A stretch of DNA of 64,000 nt from Pelomyxa schiedti (lineage: Eukaryota; Protista; Evosea), in assembly GCA_020536535.1 (NCBI GenBank), contig JAHLWZ010000861.1, positions 1-64,000 on the forward strand. The letters run 5' to 3'. Below the pieces are notes generated by a model, which saw only the letters and a program-made list of their open reading frames with translations, did not search any database and was not told the DNA's origin. How positions within the stretch are numbered: the stretch's first letter is position 1; the number at the start of each line of letters is the position of its first letter. Positions 38,663 through 50,715 of this stretch are shown here, one piece after another. The position numbers and the translations under genes were made by a program.

Positions 38663-40440
38663 TCAGGGTAATTGTTGTTGTGTGTTTGTGGAGGGGGTGG
38701 TAGCTGTTGCTGTGTGTGACTGTTTTGGCTTGTATTTGATGTTGAGAACCACACCAGCAAACACAACCGCGGCGCCGGCTAAGTAGGGAAAGGTGAATGG
38801 CTTGGAGAACAACAAAAATGACAGGAACAGGGACATGGCTTTGCGGCATGATGTGGTTATCACCGCAGTAAGTGCACTAGTTCTTTTTACTAGCATGAGT
38901 ACGCATACAGTACCAAAGTAGGCTAGAAGGCCTGCAACCTGTGTGATTGAATGTGATTGTTCTGGGTCTGGGTTTTTTGGGTAACATACAACAATTTCTA
39001 GTAGAACAAACTTTTTTACGGCTATAACGGAAAGTGCCGTGAATAATTCGTTGCTAAGAAATAGCCATGGCAGTATCATAATAGCACCAATTCCGAAGGA
39101 ATACACAACCTGTTAGACCTTTATATGTAAATAGGAACTCGATATAGAAGCAGGCGCACAAGTTCATTTTCCGTAACGCCATAATCTCTCATTCCTTTCT
39201 CTTGTGAATTGTCTTGGCATGCATTCATTATAAGTGTGAGGGAAATGAGAAGTATCCCTTGTTGAGTTAGAGTGATTCAATTGAACTGAATCCAAACCAA
39301 AAAAGTTAAAGGTTGGCATAGCATTGATGTCAGCCATAGTTACTACAGTTAGACCAATAGCAATGAGAAATACGCTGCCGTACTCCCTAATGGTATAACG
39401 CTTCTTTTGAATGAAAAGCCCGCCCAGCATTGTTATAACAACGCGAGCAGATTTAAAAAGTAACTAGCTGAACTTCAGAGGATTAAGGAATTTCAAACCA
39501 AGAAGGAAGATACCCAAGTAGGGAAATTCAGGAAGCGGAGGGAGTAAGCAGAAAGAGCGAATCCAGAGACACTAAAAAATGCAACTCTAACGTGATACCA
39601 TAATGGTGCCTTGCGACTGCGATTATGTTAAAAGTGTTACTTTTGTTTTAAAAGTAAACATTAAATATACATTTCATCACAACAAAGCCACACCAAAAAA
39701 ACCTTGTGTAGTCATTGATGAGGTCAAGGTTAAGGAGGGAAAGTGGCCAATAATTGTGGCCCAGCCTCTCCAGTAACCCAAATGACACGAAAATAGTAAA
39801 ATGGACAACTGTAACGAATCCACCGTACTCAAATCGATTGTTTTTGAATATCGATTCCTGCACAGGAAAATGTGTCACCCAACCAGCCCCCAAAAAAGAA
39901 ACCAGAGTAGATTACCTGCAGCAAAATAACAAGGCAGAACGACGCAAACAAGCAGCAAATTAGAATTGCCACAGTCTTGGTCCCATCCCCAACTTGTAAC
40001 CCTGCACAATTTATGGTGTTGTGTGAGTCCATTATAGCAGCACCACAACTCCTACTTGTGGGCCTCTTCGTCCACCAACACAACACAACACAACACAACA
40101 CAACACAACACAACACAACACAACACAACACAACACAACACAACACAACACAACACAACACAACACAACACAACACAACACAACACAACACAACACAACA
40201 ACCTGCATGGCCAGCCGCCGCCAAGCCCTGCCCCAACTTGGCCACGGCGGTGCCGATGGCCGAGGCCGTGGCGCCCGTGGTGCCGGTGCTGCTGTCGCCC
40301 CGGTTCCACACAGCCGTGTCTGCCGCGGGCGACGGTGGTGCGGAGGAGGAGGAGGAGGAGGAAGGAGCGGGTGGATTATGATGATCGCCACCCGCCAACA
40401 GCACCACCACGCCCGCGTCGCCCGTGGCATCTACCATCAT
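38663..40440 (-). CDS. SLC35B3: PAPS transporter / nucleotide-sugar transporter SLC35B3 (PAPST2)-like
   Basis: LQESIFKNNRFEYGGFVT, YLNYPT, MLGGLFIQKKRY, ALTAVITTSCRKAMSLFLSFLLFSKPFT. Confidence 0.85.
40076..40200 (+). repeat. Perfect (CAACA)n pentamer microsatellite, about 25 units, inside intron 1 of the SLC35B3-like gene
   Basis: Seen directly. It begins at the G|GT donor on the minus strand. Confidence 0.95.
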
Positions 40441-40502
40441 TGGGACCAGAACCAACCGGATTGTTGTTGCTATTTACAGCCAGAGCTGGAGCTCAAAGGG
40501 CG

Positions 40503-41746
40503 TCATTGTTGTTTTCTGGGCGTCGTTGTTGTGGCTGTTGGTGGGGGTCTACAACAGTGGCTGCGGAGAGGGGCAGTTGATTCGGCCCAATCACAGTGAC
40601 AGGTGCAGGGTCGTCCCATTTGAGTGCCACCATGTCGTCTCTCTGGCTCAGTGGTGCACGGGATATCAATGAAAGGCTGCTGGGGAATTAGGCTCCTTTT
40701 TGACGAGGATTCCACATACTTGTTGGTGGAATTGTTCTCTGTCTGAGAAAGAAAAGCATAGAGTTTTGCCTGAGACTGCTCTATGTCCACAGATAGGGAC
40801 TTTAATGCATCCGTGGTGAAGGTATGGCAGGTTCTTCCTTCCTCTTCATAGTAGTACCTGTTGTACTGTGCAATAACGCCGCACAACTTGTGGAGCCTCG
40901 AAATTTCAAATTCCTCAATTTCTAGCATTGTCTGCCATTTTCTATGAAATAGGGTTTGTAATTTAGTCTCAAGTGATATCAGCTTGCCTCTGATCTCCTA
41001 TGCGCAATTAGGTTCTAAATGGAAAGTGAGAGAAGTCACTCTATCCTCTGCAGTAAGATGTGCTATTGCCTCACTGAGAACACTTTGCGGGTCTTCATTT
41101 GGAATGCAAATGCTGGAACTCCACTCAATGTTGTACCAACCAACCCGCAGGCCAGTGTGCAAGGAGTCCAAATTCATCTTTGATGGAGGCTTTGGGGAGG
41201 GATTTTCGGCGCTGTATGAGTCCTGCAGTGAACGAACTTCGGTAATGAATAGAGAGACAACAAGTCTTGACATCCTGGGGATTGTAATTTCAGACCCTGA
41301 TAATGCCGATTTGAGTTCCTTTTGAGATTGTAAGGGTGAACAAGGGTGTGCGGTTAACGACACATTAAAGTCCCCGTTAGGGCACAAATCTTCTATCTTC
41401 TGAATAATGTCCCCAATTTTCCATGTGAAGTCCATGTTGAAGTACTTTTGGAATATTTTGTTTTCATCGCCTAGTACCAGAGCCAAAGCTCGTTGCTCCT
41501 CCACACTAATTCCCGGCAATCTATTCTCAACCTAAAAAAACTCATTACTGCTGCGTGACGAAACAACACATAAACATAAACAACTTATAAACCTTTCGTA
41601 GCAAGTCAGGGAACCACGATGGTTCACTGCTGTTGCCTTCACTCTCTGATGTGTTATGTGATCCCACGCCACCTGTTTCACGTGCCCCACAAACCACCAC
41701 CACCTCACTGTGCTGTGACGTCGATACCGTCTCCACAGATGCCCAT
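40503..41746 (-). CDS. Permuted papain-like (PPPDE/DeSI-like fold) protein, copy B (start uncertain)
   Basis: LHTGLRVGWYNIEWSSSICIP ... LCGVIAQYNRYYYEEEGRTCHTF. Collinear with copy A. Confidence 0.55.
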
Positions 41747-41843
41747 TCTCTGTTTATGTTGGGGGTGCAAGGGTTGTTGCTAGTTGTGTCACAAGTAGAT
41801 TTTCAGAGGAATCACCAACTTGGAAAGCGAGATGAAGAAGCAT

Positions 41844-43278
41844 TCAACAACTTTCTGAATCACCTGGTTTTTTTTTTACACAAGTTTTTTGTATTGTCAA
41901 CAACATGTACATCATTGCCTGAGATAGAGGGGGGATTGATCAGGAGAAGGCAGGAAAGCAGGGTTGGTTGGTTCTGCAAGGTGCCTAGTGACAAACACGT
42001 TGTGGAATGACCTCAGGAGTACGAGGTCTCCTGGGGGGTCGGCGGGCAGAGCTTGGAGGGCGTCCCAGTTTTGTCTGACAAAGTCATCAAACACACTTCT
42101 CTGTTGGAATGTATGTTCTTTGTAGACCATGCTGGGGGGGAATACGGTTAGTGTCACACATGGGAAACATGGTAAAAATTAAGAGGGAAAGGATGGCAAA
42201 CTTGCAAGAACCCGTGCTGTGGAGTGTTTTAATAAAAACATCCAGTTCCCCACCAAAGGTAGGGGTCTTGCGGGTCATTGCCTTAATTGCTGCAAGGACG
42301 AATTTCTGGCAGTTGGTTCTTAGCTGGTCATAGAAGTGGTATCTATTGTAGGTCACTATGACCTTACACAGATCGCGGAGGACGTCATGTTGAATTTCTT
42401 CCATTTGAATTAAGTCATTCCAAGATTGTGCTATATCGGGCAGAGTTTCAAATTGTTGTGCCAATAACAAAGCATGACTCCGCAAATCCTGGGAGAAGGT
42501 AAGAAATGATAGGTAACACGTAAAACCAACCGCCTCCTCTGTTGGGATTTGAGCCACTAGATCCTGAACTACCACTTGCGGGGCTTGAGTCGGAATGCAG
42601 AGACTAGTGTCGTTCCAATCGATGATATAGGTCCCAACTCTCAGGCCAGAATGCATAACACCAAAAGGCACATCGGCAATCTTCGGACCAACCCGGTATA
42701 ATATCTTCTTGAAGCTACCCAGAGTGCGAATCCGCTGAATTTCCATGATAATTAGAGAAACTGAGAATCTTGGTTTCTGTTGAAGCCTTCGTCCCTGACG
42801 AGTAACAGCTGCCCCCATTTCTCTTGGGTTACCCTTTTTCGGAGTTTAGATTACAACGATAGTTAAATAAAAATTAACTAGCTCAAGTAAGTAATTTATA
42901 AATTTATGAACGCACAGTGAAGACTCCTTCAGGACACAAAGCTTGAAGCTCCTCAATGACTTCTCCCACATTCATCACACAGTCAGAAAAGTATTCATCG
43001 TATAATTTGTTCTCATCCCCAAGCACTTCCGCCAAGTGCCTCTGTTCCTCAAAGCTAATATCAGGGAACTTCCTTTGTACCTGCATGCACAATTATTTGG
43101 AAACTAATTAAACAGAACCTGGTCACACTTTCTCCAGCAAATCGGAAAACCACGTTGCATCACAGGGCTCGGTAGTTGTAGTCGTAGCCGTTGCACCTAC
43201 GTTGTGGTACAAACATGGCGAAACGGTACTGGCAACTGATTTCACCGGGACCAACGGTCTCGAACTTGCTGCGCCCAT
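41844..43278 (-). CDS. Permuted papain-like (PPPDE/DeSI-like fold) protein, copy A, with a putative N-myristoylation signal
   Basis: Starts MGAASS. MHSGLRVGTYIIDWNDTSLCIP ... YNRYHFYDQLRTNCQKFV places His before Cys, as in permuted NlpC/P60-PPPDE enzymes. Confidence 0.6.
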
Positions 43279-43642
43279 CCTCGCCACTGTGACAAAGTCG
43301 TTGTATGTTCAGAGAAGCACCTCGCGTGAAGGTAAAGCAAGTTTAGTTTCTGTTGGTTGTCCACTCTCAACAGAAAACAACCCGCCAAGTTGGGGACAAC
43401 CCAAGATTCGGGACGCCCAGTGGATTGAGCAAAGAACCACCGGTCGGACCTAGTGAATCTGAATGAAGGTGATTCTCCCGCAGACGCCTGATCGGTGAAA
43501 CTCTCAGTCACAAATCAGAAGACGTTTCGCGGAACTACGAAAAAAGGAGAAAAATAGTGGGTGCGAAGAGGTGAGTGAACGTAGATCCGGGTTTTTGTAG
43601 GTGACCAAGGATCTAGGCCCAGCAACACAACCGATAATAACA

Positions 43643-44867
43643 ATGTCTACGTCAACGTCAACGACAACGAGTGCAGCTGCAGCCACAACCACAGCGTCGT
43701 CGTCCACGTCGTCGTCATCGGGCGGGACGACGGCGACTCCGCCGGTGGTGACTGGTTGTCCCAAGGTCAGAAAAAGGACCCCCGGCCAGGTCACAAAGGT
43801 CCGTCCACCACTTTTTTTTTTCTTTCTTTTTTTTCTCCCCTCCAACTAAGTGGATAACAAGGTCGTGAAAATTGGAGTGGTGGTATGCACTTTGTTTGCT
43901 CAGCGTTTTGGTTATTCCCACCGTTTTTTTTTCCCCAGGGTGACGGGACTGTGGGAAAGACAACTTTATTGCTTGGGTACATTACACAGGGGTTCATCAC
44001 AGAGTATACACCGACTGTATGTTTCTGCGTTGTTACGATATGTGGCTGAGCTTTTTCAGGTATATGATAATTTCAGTGCCATCGAAGAAATTGGATCTGA
44101 TGTTATCAATGTTATTTTATGGTAAGTTTTATTTCTTACTGAGGTACAACAATCTTATCTTATTTAGGGATACTGCTGGTATGTTCCGGTTGACTATTTT
44201 AGTGGTAAACGGAGACGTTTTTCAGGTCAGGATGACTACCAAGGCATACGACAGACCTGTTATACTTTCTGCAACTACGATTTATTCTTTCTGTGCTTTA
44301 GTGTTGTTCATAGAGATTCCTTTGATAATGTTCGGTTCAAGGTACCTTCTTGAACCGATGTGGCTATCAACATTCTCACTTTTTCCAGTGGCTTACAGAA
44401 CTAAAGCGAACCAGGCCAAACACTCCTCTGGTACTCGTTGGTACGAAAACAGATCTTCGGGAGGAGGGTAATAAGGCACATGTCACCTTCAAAGAGGTAA
44501 TATTTGTGCGTGACACTAATTCACCATTAAAATTTCACAGGGGGAGAAACGGGCACGTGATATCCGAGCGAAAATGTACCTTGAGTGTACATCCAAGAAC
44601 TCAGAGTCTATCAATGCCATGATGGCCAGTGCACTCGGTATTATAATGGAACGGGATGAGGAACGCAAAAGGAAAATCGAGAAGCAGTATAAGAAAGAGA
44701 AGAAGGAAGAAGAGAAGCTTGCCAAGAAGCTTGCTAAACTAGAAGCTGCCGGAAGAGAAAGAAGTGGCAGCAGTGCCGCATCAGCTTCCACAACAACCAC
44801 AACTTCATCCACAACCACCTCACCCAGCACAACACCATCAACCACTTCACCCAGTGGTTCTTCCTAA
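43643..44867 (+). CDS. Atypical Rho-family GTPase with low-complexity N- and C-terminal extensions and no CAAX box
   Basis: GDGTVGKT, YTPTVYDNF, LWDTAGQDDY, LVGTKTDLR, YLECTS. Ends ...TSPSGSS*. Confidence 0.85.
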
Positions 44868-44949
44868 GCAACTCTTTACAGGATGTAAATCAAAGCAAAA
44901 AAAACCAATAATACAAAAGAGTTTTCTTCCTTTCCTTGTTTTCATGGAC

Positions 44950-45900
44950 CTAAAAAGGTCCGACATACAAATGACTACCACTTGGGCCAAGGAGAAGAAG
45001 GAGTCCCATTTCCTGTGCGGAGCTGCCAACATATTTCATCCCTGTTGTAGGCAAAGTGCCATGTAATTCCCAGTATTTCAGTGTCCGTTTTATCAACCCA
45101 CAAACTCCAATTTGATTCACTCTTGTGGTTGGGATCACTCCAGGAAAACAGAATGTTGTAGTCCCTTGAATATATATCAGTGCGTTAAAGCAGGGTGAAT
45201 TTCCGTACTTATTCAAGCACCAACTACCAGTTGTTTCCTCTGAGCCTCCTGGTTCATTATCTCCAGAGCCACTAGTGAATATACACCATGACCACCTGTA
45301 TACTCTGAGATAGAAGCAAAAAATTTTCGGGATTTTGTACATACTCCATACGAAATGTACGATCACTCGAAAAGCGAAGGATATAAGTTGTATCGTACTG
45401 GTTATTATAGTAAAAGGGTCTCTTGCACAGTAATTGGTTTAATAGATCGGTGGCTTGGTCACCAAGGAAAGATATGATCAATTTCACCACCTAGTGAAGA
45501 TGCAACAAGACAATAATAAGAGAGGAAAAAAATCTCGTTAATATGCCAATAATAGGAGTCTATGTGGCATTGTAATATAAGCACACAATCAAATGACCTA
45601 CCTCGTGAGGGAGTGTTGCCACAACACTCAACTTCCCACACCTCTTGTTCTGTTGTCCTAAAATAAATGCGACCTTTGGGAAATTTAAACATTTGTAACA
45701 CACAGAAGAAAAGGGACGAGAGGTAGTAAAGAAGGAAAGTACTTTTGAACGCTTGAATTTGTGGTGAATCCCACGAGATTTGCAGAACTCCCATGCGGCT
45801 ACTTGTTTACTTCCCGCAGGAGAAGAAGGCGTGGGCTTTGTAGTGCGTTTCTTTTTGCGACCTTTGCCCATTGTGGAGTTCGGTCTGGGAGTCGTTACTC
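44950..45900 (-). CDS. Hypothetical multi-exon protein
   Basis: Overlapping minus-strand ORFs separated by GT-AG intron-like gaps. No family recognised. Confidence 0.3.
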
Positions 45901-46286
45901 AGTCATCCAGAGGAGCAGGGCAACCGGTTGTTGTTGGTACTCACCTTTCACTGAACAACAATCAATGTTGTCTCGGATTCTTAAGGGAGTGGAACTTCTT
46001 GGAGTAGGTCCTGATCTACTATAGCCATGTCCCCAAGGCTTGGGTGTGGAGTTCCTTGCCCTGATCAGTTTCAGAATATATGGTTTCAAAAAATCCGTTT
46101 TCTCGGCTGTGGTTTCGTTTTTTTGGTGTTGAACGCAGTTTCAAGCGAAACCACCGTTTTTATTACGACAGAAAACCACGACAATGCATAATACAAATAA
46201 AAAGCCAAACAATCAAGCCAATCAACAACGACAACACCACTACACAACAAGCTACATCAGCAACTAACAACACAACAAAACCCACA

Positions 46287-47089
46287 ATGGAGAACATTAA
46301 GATAGTGGCGGTTGGAGACGGAGCCGTGGGCAAGACATGCATGCTCATCAGCTACACAACAAACGCGTTCCCAACGACTTACATACCAACTGTGTTTGAC
46401 AACTACTCGTGCGCCGTCATGTTCAAGGACAACCTGCGGCCCTACATGCTGAGCTTATGGGACACCGCCGGGTGTGTGCTCTTGTTAATTGGTTATATTT
46501 TGAAAATATGTATGAATTTATGAATTTGAAAATGTATTTACGAAAACCAAAGTATTTGGGGTGAGCGCTTACCGTCTATTAAATAGGCAAGAGGATTATG
46601 ATAGGCTCAGGCCGTTGTCATATCCTATGACCGACATATACCTCGTTTGCTACAGTGTGCTCTCGTCCTCCTCACTGGAGAACGCCGAGACCAAGTGGTT
46701 CCCTGAGATAAAACACTACTCCCCAGGGGTACCGTTTATACTCGTTGGGCTCAAGAAGGATGCCCGCAATGACAAGGACACACTGGCTCAGCTGGCCAAG
46801 AGGAACGTAGTGCCAGTCTCCACTGAAACCGGCCAGGCTGTTGCCACCAGGCTTGGTGCTGCAAAGTTCATTGGTACTTTTCCTGTCTCTCTTCTCCTAA
46901 TATCTATTTTCCGATCTCTTATAAAGCTGTGTTCTGACTGTCTCTTTTACAGAGTGCAGTGCGTTGACACAGGAGGGCCTTCAGGATGTGTTCAATTCTG
47001 CTATCAGGACCTTCATTGATAAGCATGGAGAATTAGGCCCCAAATCCAAGAAATCCAAGAGGAGCCACAAACAATGCAACATACTGTAG
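46287..47089 (+). CDS. Rac/Rho-family small GTPase with CAAX
   Basis: [34 protein letters not shown]|[20 protein letters not shown], then a polybasic tail and CNIL*. Confidence 0.95.
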
Positions 47090-47213
47090 AAGTGTACAAA
47101 CCCAGCTGTAGTGTAGTTGTAAATGTATCACATGTTAACTAAAAAGAAACCCAACAATTTTGCCAATACAAAGAATATTCATTTATTAGTTAGGTTTTTT
47201 TATTTTGCTGTGC

Positions 47214-49223
47214 TTAACCTTTGGTGGTCTTCTTCTTGCCTCTTCTACTTTTTTTGCCTTGAGCAGGCTGTTGTACTTGTGGTTGTTGTGGAGGGCTCTG
47301 GTCCTGTGATGGATCCAGTGATATGTTAATTGCTCCCATAGTAGTAATAATTGGGGTCATAGGGGACCTAGGTGGTGACAGGTTCCTCTTGCGTGAACCT
47401 TGAGGAGTGCTAGGTGATGGAACACTGAATGTGCCGGGACTGGATGATGGAGTGGTGGTGGTGCTGCTGTGAACGGAACCATCACCGGCATTGGCTAGAA
47501 TCCACGGGTGGACTAGGGCTTGTGGGGCTGTGAGCCGGCCTTCAGGTTCTACAACAATTAGGTCCTGGATGAACTTATGTGCTTGGCTGGATACTCCGGC
47601 AGATTTCAATGCTCCGGCATTGTACTCTCCAGTGAAAATTTGAGTGAGGAATTGTTCTGGAGTGTCCTGTATTGTATAAATAGTGTGAAATAGAGTTTTG
47701 GGCTGAATTACGCACCCCCTGCCAGGGATAGCCGCCTGTTAGAAGCACAAACGTGAGACAACCCACACTCCACATATCTACTGCAGATGTATAAGGTCTG
47801 CCTGTGGTCATAAGAATTTCTGGTGCAGCATACTGTGGCAAGAGTAAGTATCAAAGAGATACAAATGTCCACAGAAAAAGACCTTCCATTACCTGTAGTG
47901 TGCCGACGGCAGACGTCATCAAGCTTTCTTCACGGAAATTTTTTGAAAGTTCAAAATGTCCAAGTACAACACGGAGAGGTTCAGTACTTAGTTTGTAAGA
48001 AAATGTACACCCAAATGAGGGGTGCATACTTGGAACAAAGAATGTTCTCTGGAGTGATATTTCTATGGGCATAACCAAGTGAATGCAAATGAGCCACAGC
48101 ACTTAGAATCTGGGAAACCACACGTGCTGCATACCGTTCATCTGTGGTATTGTACAATTGGTGGTGACTTGGTATTTGTCGCGTGTGTGACGGGAGTTGT
48201 TGTTGCTGCTGATGCTGAGCTATAATATGCTGGAATAGCTGTTCACCACCCGGAATAAGCTCAGTTACTACCAAAACCCAACCTCCACACACTGCCCAAT
48301 CTCGAAGTGAAAGAAGGTTCGGGTGGCGAGAATGAGCCGCAACAGCAGACATAACCTTTTGTCAAATATCAGAGAAAAAAGCATATGGGGTACTCAAAAA
48401 AAACAAATAAAAAAAAAAAAAAGCAAGAACCCTCCAAATACCTGAACATTTCGCAGGGCCAGGGCATCGACGTCGCGCTCGCGAGTGGCCCTAACAGCAC
48501 AAGTCTCTCCCACAATCTGCCCAGCACCCGAATCAGTTGGTCTCTCCTGAATCGCTGTGTGTGTAATTACAAGTGAGTTACGGTTAATTAATTACCAAGA
48601 TGCACATATAATATATCCAGTAACAAGATAACCCACAACACAAACACAAACACAAACACAAACAGACACACACACAGACGTGGGCAGCACGCACCCCTGA
48701 ACACCAGTGTAGGATACACCTTGACCCGCTCCACCAACACATACCGCGCCCCGCGCCCGCCGCTCCCTCCGCCACCGCCGCCACCGCACCCGTCGTACCC
48801 AGGCTGCCCATAGAACGTATAGCCCCTACACAGGTCGTCGCACTCACACCCCCCACCGCCACCGCTACTACTCGTTGTTGTTGCTGTAGTGGACCCACTA
48901 CCACTACCACCACCACCACCACCACCGCCCGTTGTGGTCACTGATGCTGCTGGTCCTCTCTGTGCTGCTGTTGTTGTTGTGGTGGTCCCTTGTTGTTGTT
49001 GTCGTGGCTGCTGCTGCTGCTGCTGTGGGGGCGGTTGTTGCGGTGGTGGCGGCGGCGGAGGTTGCATGTATTGTCTTGCTTGCTGTTGCTGCTGCTGTTG
49101 TTGTGACATGTATGCCTGCTGCTGTTGTTGGTGGGGGTGTTGTTGGGGTGGATTGGAATCAGTGGTCATGGGTGACGTCGTTGTAGCGGCGTCGTTGCGA
49201 CCATCCTGTTGCATCATCATCAT
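47214..49223 (-). CDS. CAMK1-like pseudokinase with a Q/G/T-rich N-terminus
   Basis: HPNLLSL, GGEQLF, HRNITPENIL, LGHFELSK, GTLQYAAPE, VDMWSVG, RLTAPQALVHPWI. The catalytic motifs are degenerate. Confidence 0.85.
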
Positions 49224-49430
49224 CGTCGTCGTTAGTCGCCGACGCTACGTGCCCACCGGTTGAGGGACGCAAAGGGGCGAATTTCCGAATTTGCACTTTC
49301 GGCTCCCCGGGTCAACGAGCCACGATATTCATGCCGCCGCGTGTGGGCATGTCCTAGCGGGGCTACCTGGATGATGTTCAGAGGATTCGATCCTTCAATC
49401 AATTGAAGGAAGAGTATTTCTCGTCGGAGA

Positions 49431-50303
49431 ATGCTCGAGTACGCGTTGTTCTACGGGCCCAGTGCGCTGTTTGGGCTCAGCATCGCCCTGACTTTTGCAT
49501 TGCACTTCACCACGGGGATAGGGCCGTTCAACTCGCACGCGACACTGGGGCGTGTGCCGTTCATATCAGACACCATAGCGACTGGGCTGGGGCGGTGCAT
49601 TGGCACCAGCCTGGTTGGGACCAGCACAACGCTGCTGGCTGCGGGCTGCCTGGTCAAATCGTGGCAGCTTCGATGTGCGGGGGTGGAGCGCAGCCGAGGG
49701 GTTGCGTGGTGTGGCGTGCTGGGGTTGTACTCCCTCACTGTGGCACTGGCCTTCCCTGTGGGTTTTCTATATCTCTATCTTGTAGAATACTGATGTATAT
49801 TGTGTAGTTTACAGTGGGGGTGGATGATTATCGTTATTGGGGTGTATTATGTGATGACTGGGACTTTTGTTTATTATTGGGTCTAACTGTAGCTATTTAA
49901 TTGTGGGAATGCACTCCGTGCATTGGGAAGTCTGGGTATTTGCTGCACACAGTGTCCGCTGTGTTCTATTTTGGACTGTGTGGGAGATATATGAGCCTTG
50001 TTGTCAAGGCAGAGAAAATGCTTTCCGATGTTAATAGTGATGCCCGGCTGCTGAGGAGGATGTGCCACTCCCTCTACTGGCTGTGCCTGATTTGTCTGGT
50101 TTTATCTTCACTTCTATGCTTCCCTTTCCCTATTTTTGGTGAAATATGTATGTACATCCATCCAGAATAAGCACGAATACTCACGTAATTAAGGTGCTCC
50201 ATGCGAGATAGTGGCGCAACTGTGCCTGCTGGTATTTCTAGGATCCCATGGTGTTGACATACAAGGCAAACACCTTCACTTCAAGGTAACACCCATCAAC
50301 TGA
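49431..50303 (+). CDS. Frag1/DRAM/Sfk1 (CWH43 N-terminal-like) multi-pass membrane protein
   Basis: Several TM segments; VPFISDT, LHTVSAVFYF and CEIVA motifs resemble the DRAM/TMEM150 family. Confidence 0.6.
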
Positions 50304-50715
50304 GGAAATGGAAACGGGGCCACCCTAAATTTTAAAAAAAAATCTGATGTCCCACAATCCCGACTCAACTAGATTCTTTGGTGGGTTTCAGCCCACTATG
50401 GGTACTCATTCCGCAGAGTGCCAAAAAGGAGTGCTGCTTCATCGTTTAACACACTTTCGGTTTTTGGTTCGATCCCAGACCGGGGAGACTCTCCCCGGTA
50501 GCTCAATGGTAGAGCAAAAGTAGACTGAGTGTGCATTTGATGTCATTCCCCTGCAGGCAGAACCCTGCCTGCTCAGGTATGTAGTCAGATGTTCCCCGTC
50601 CACATGGCAGCGTCCAAAGGACCACTCTTGTTTTTTTTGTCCAACATTGTTGTCAGGCTTTGTGATTTCCGAAAAGAGCGACATTTCACGTGAATTGTTT
50701 TATTTTCCGTGCGAA

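Noticed and set aside
39977-40580. ORFs with (TQHNT)n or (CCVVL)n repeats
   Set aside because: They are translations of the intronic (CAACA)n microsatellite.
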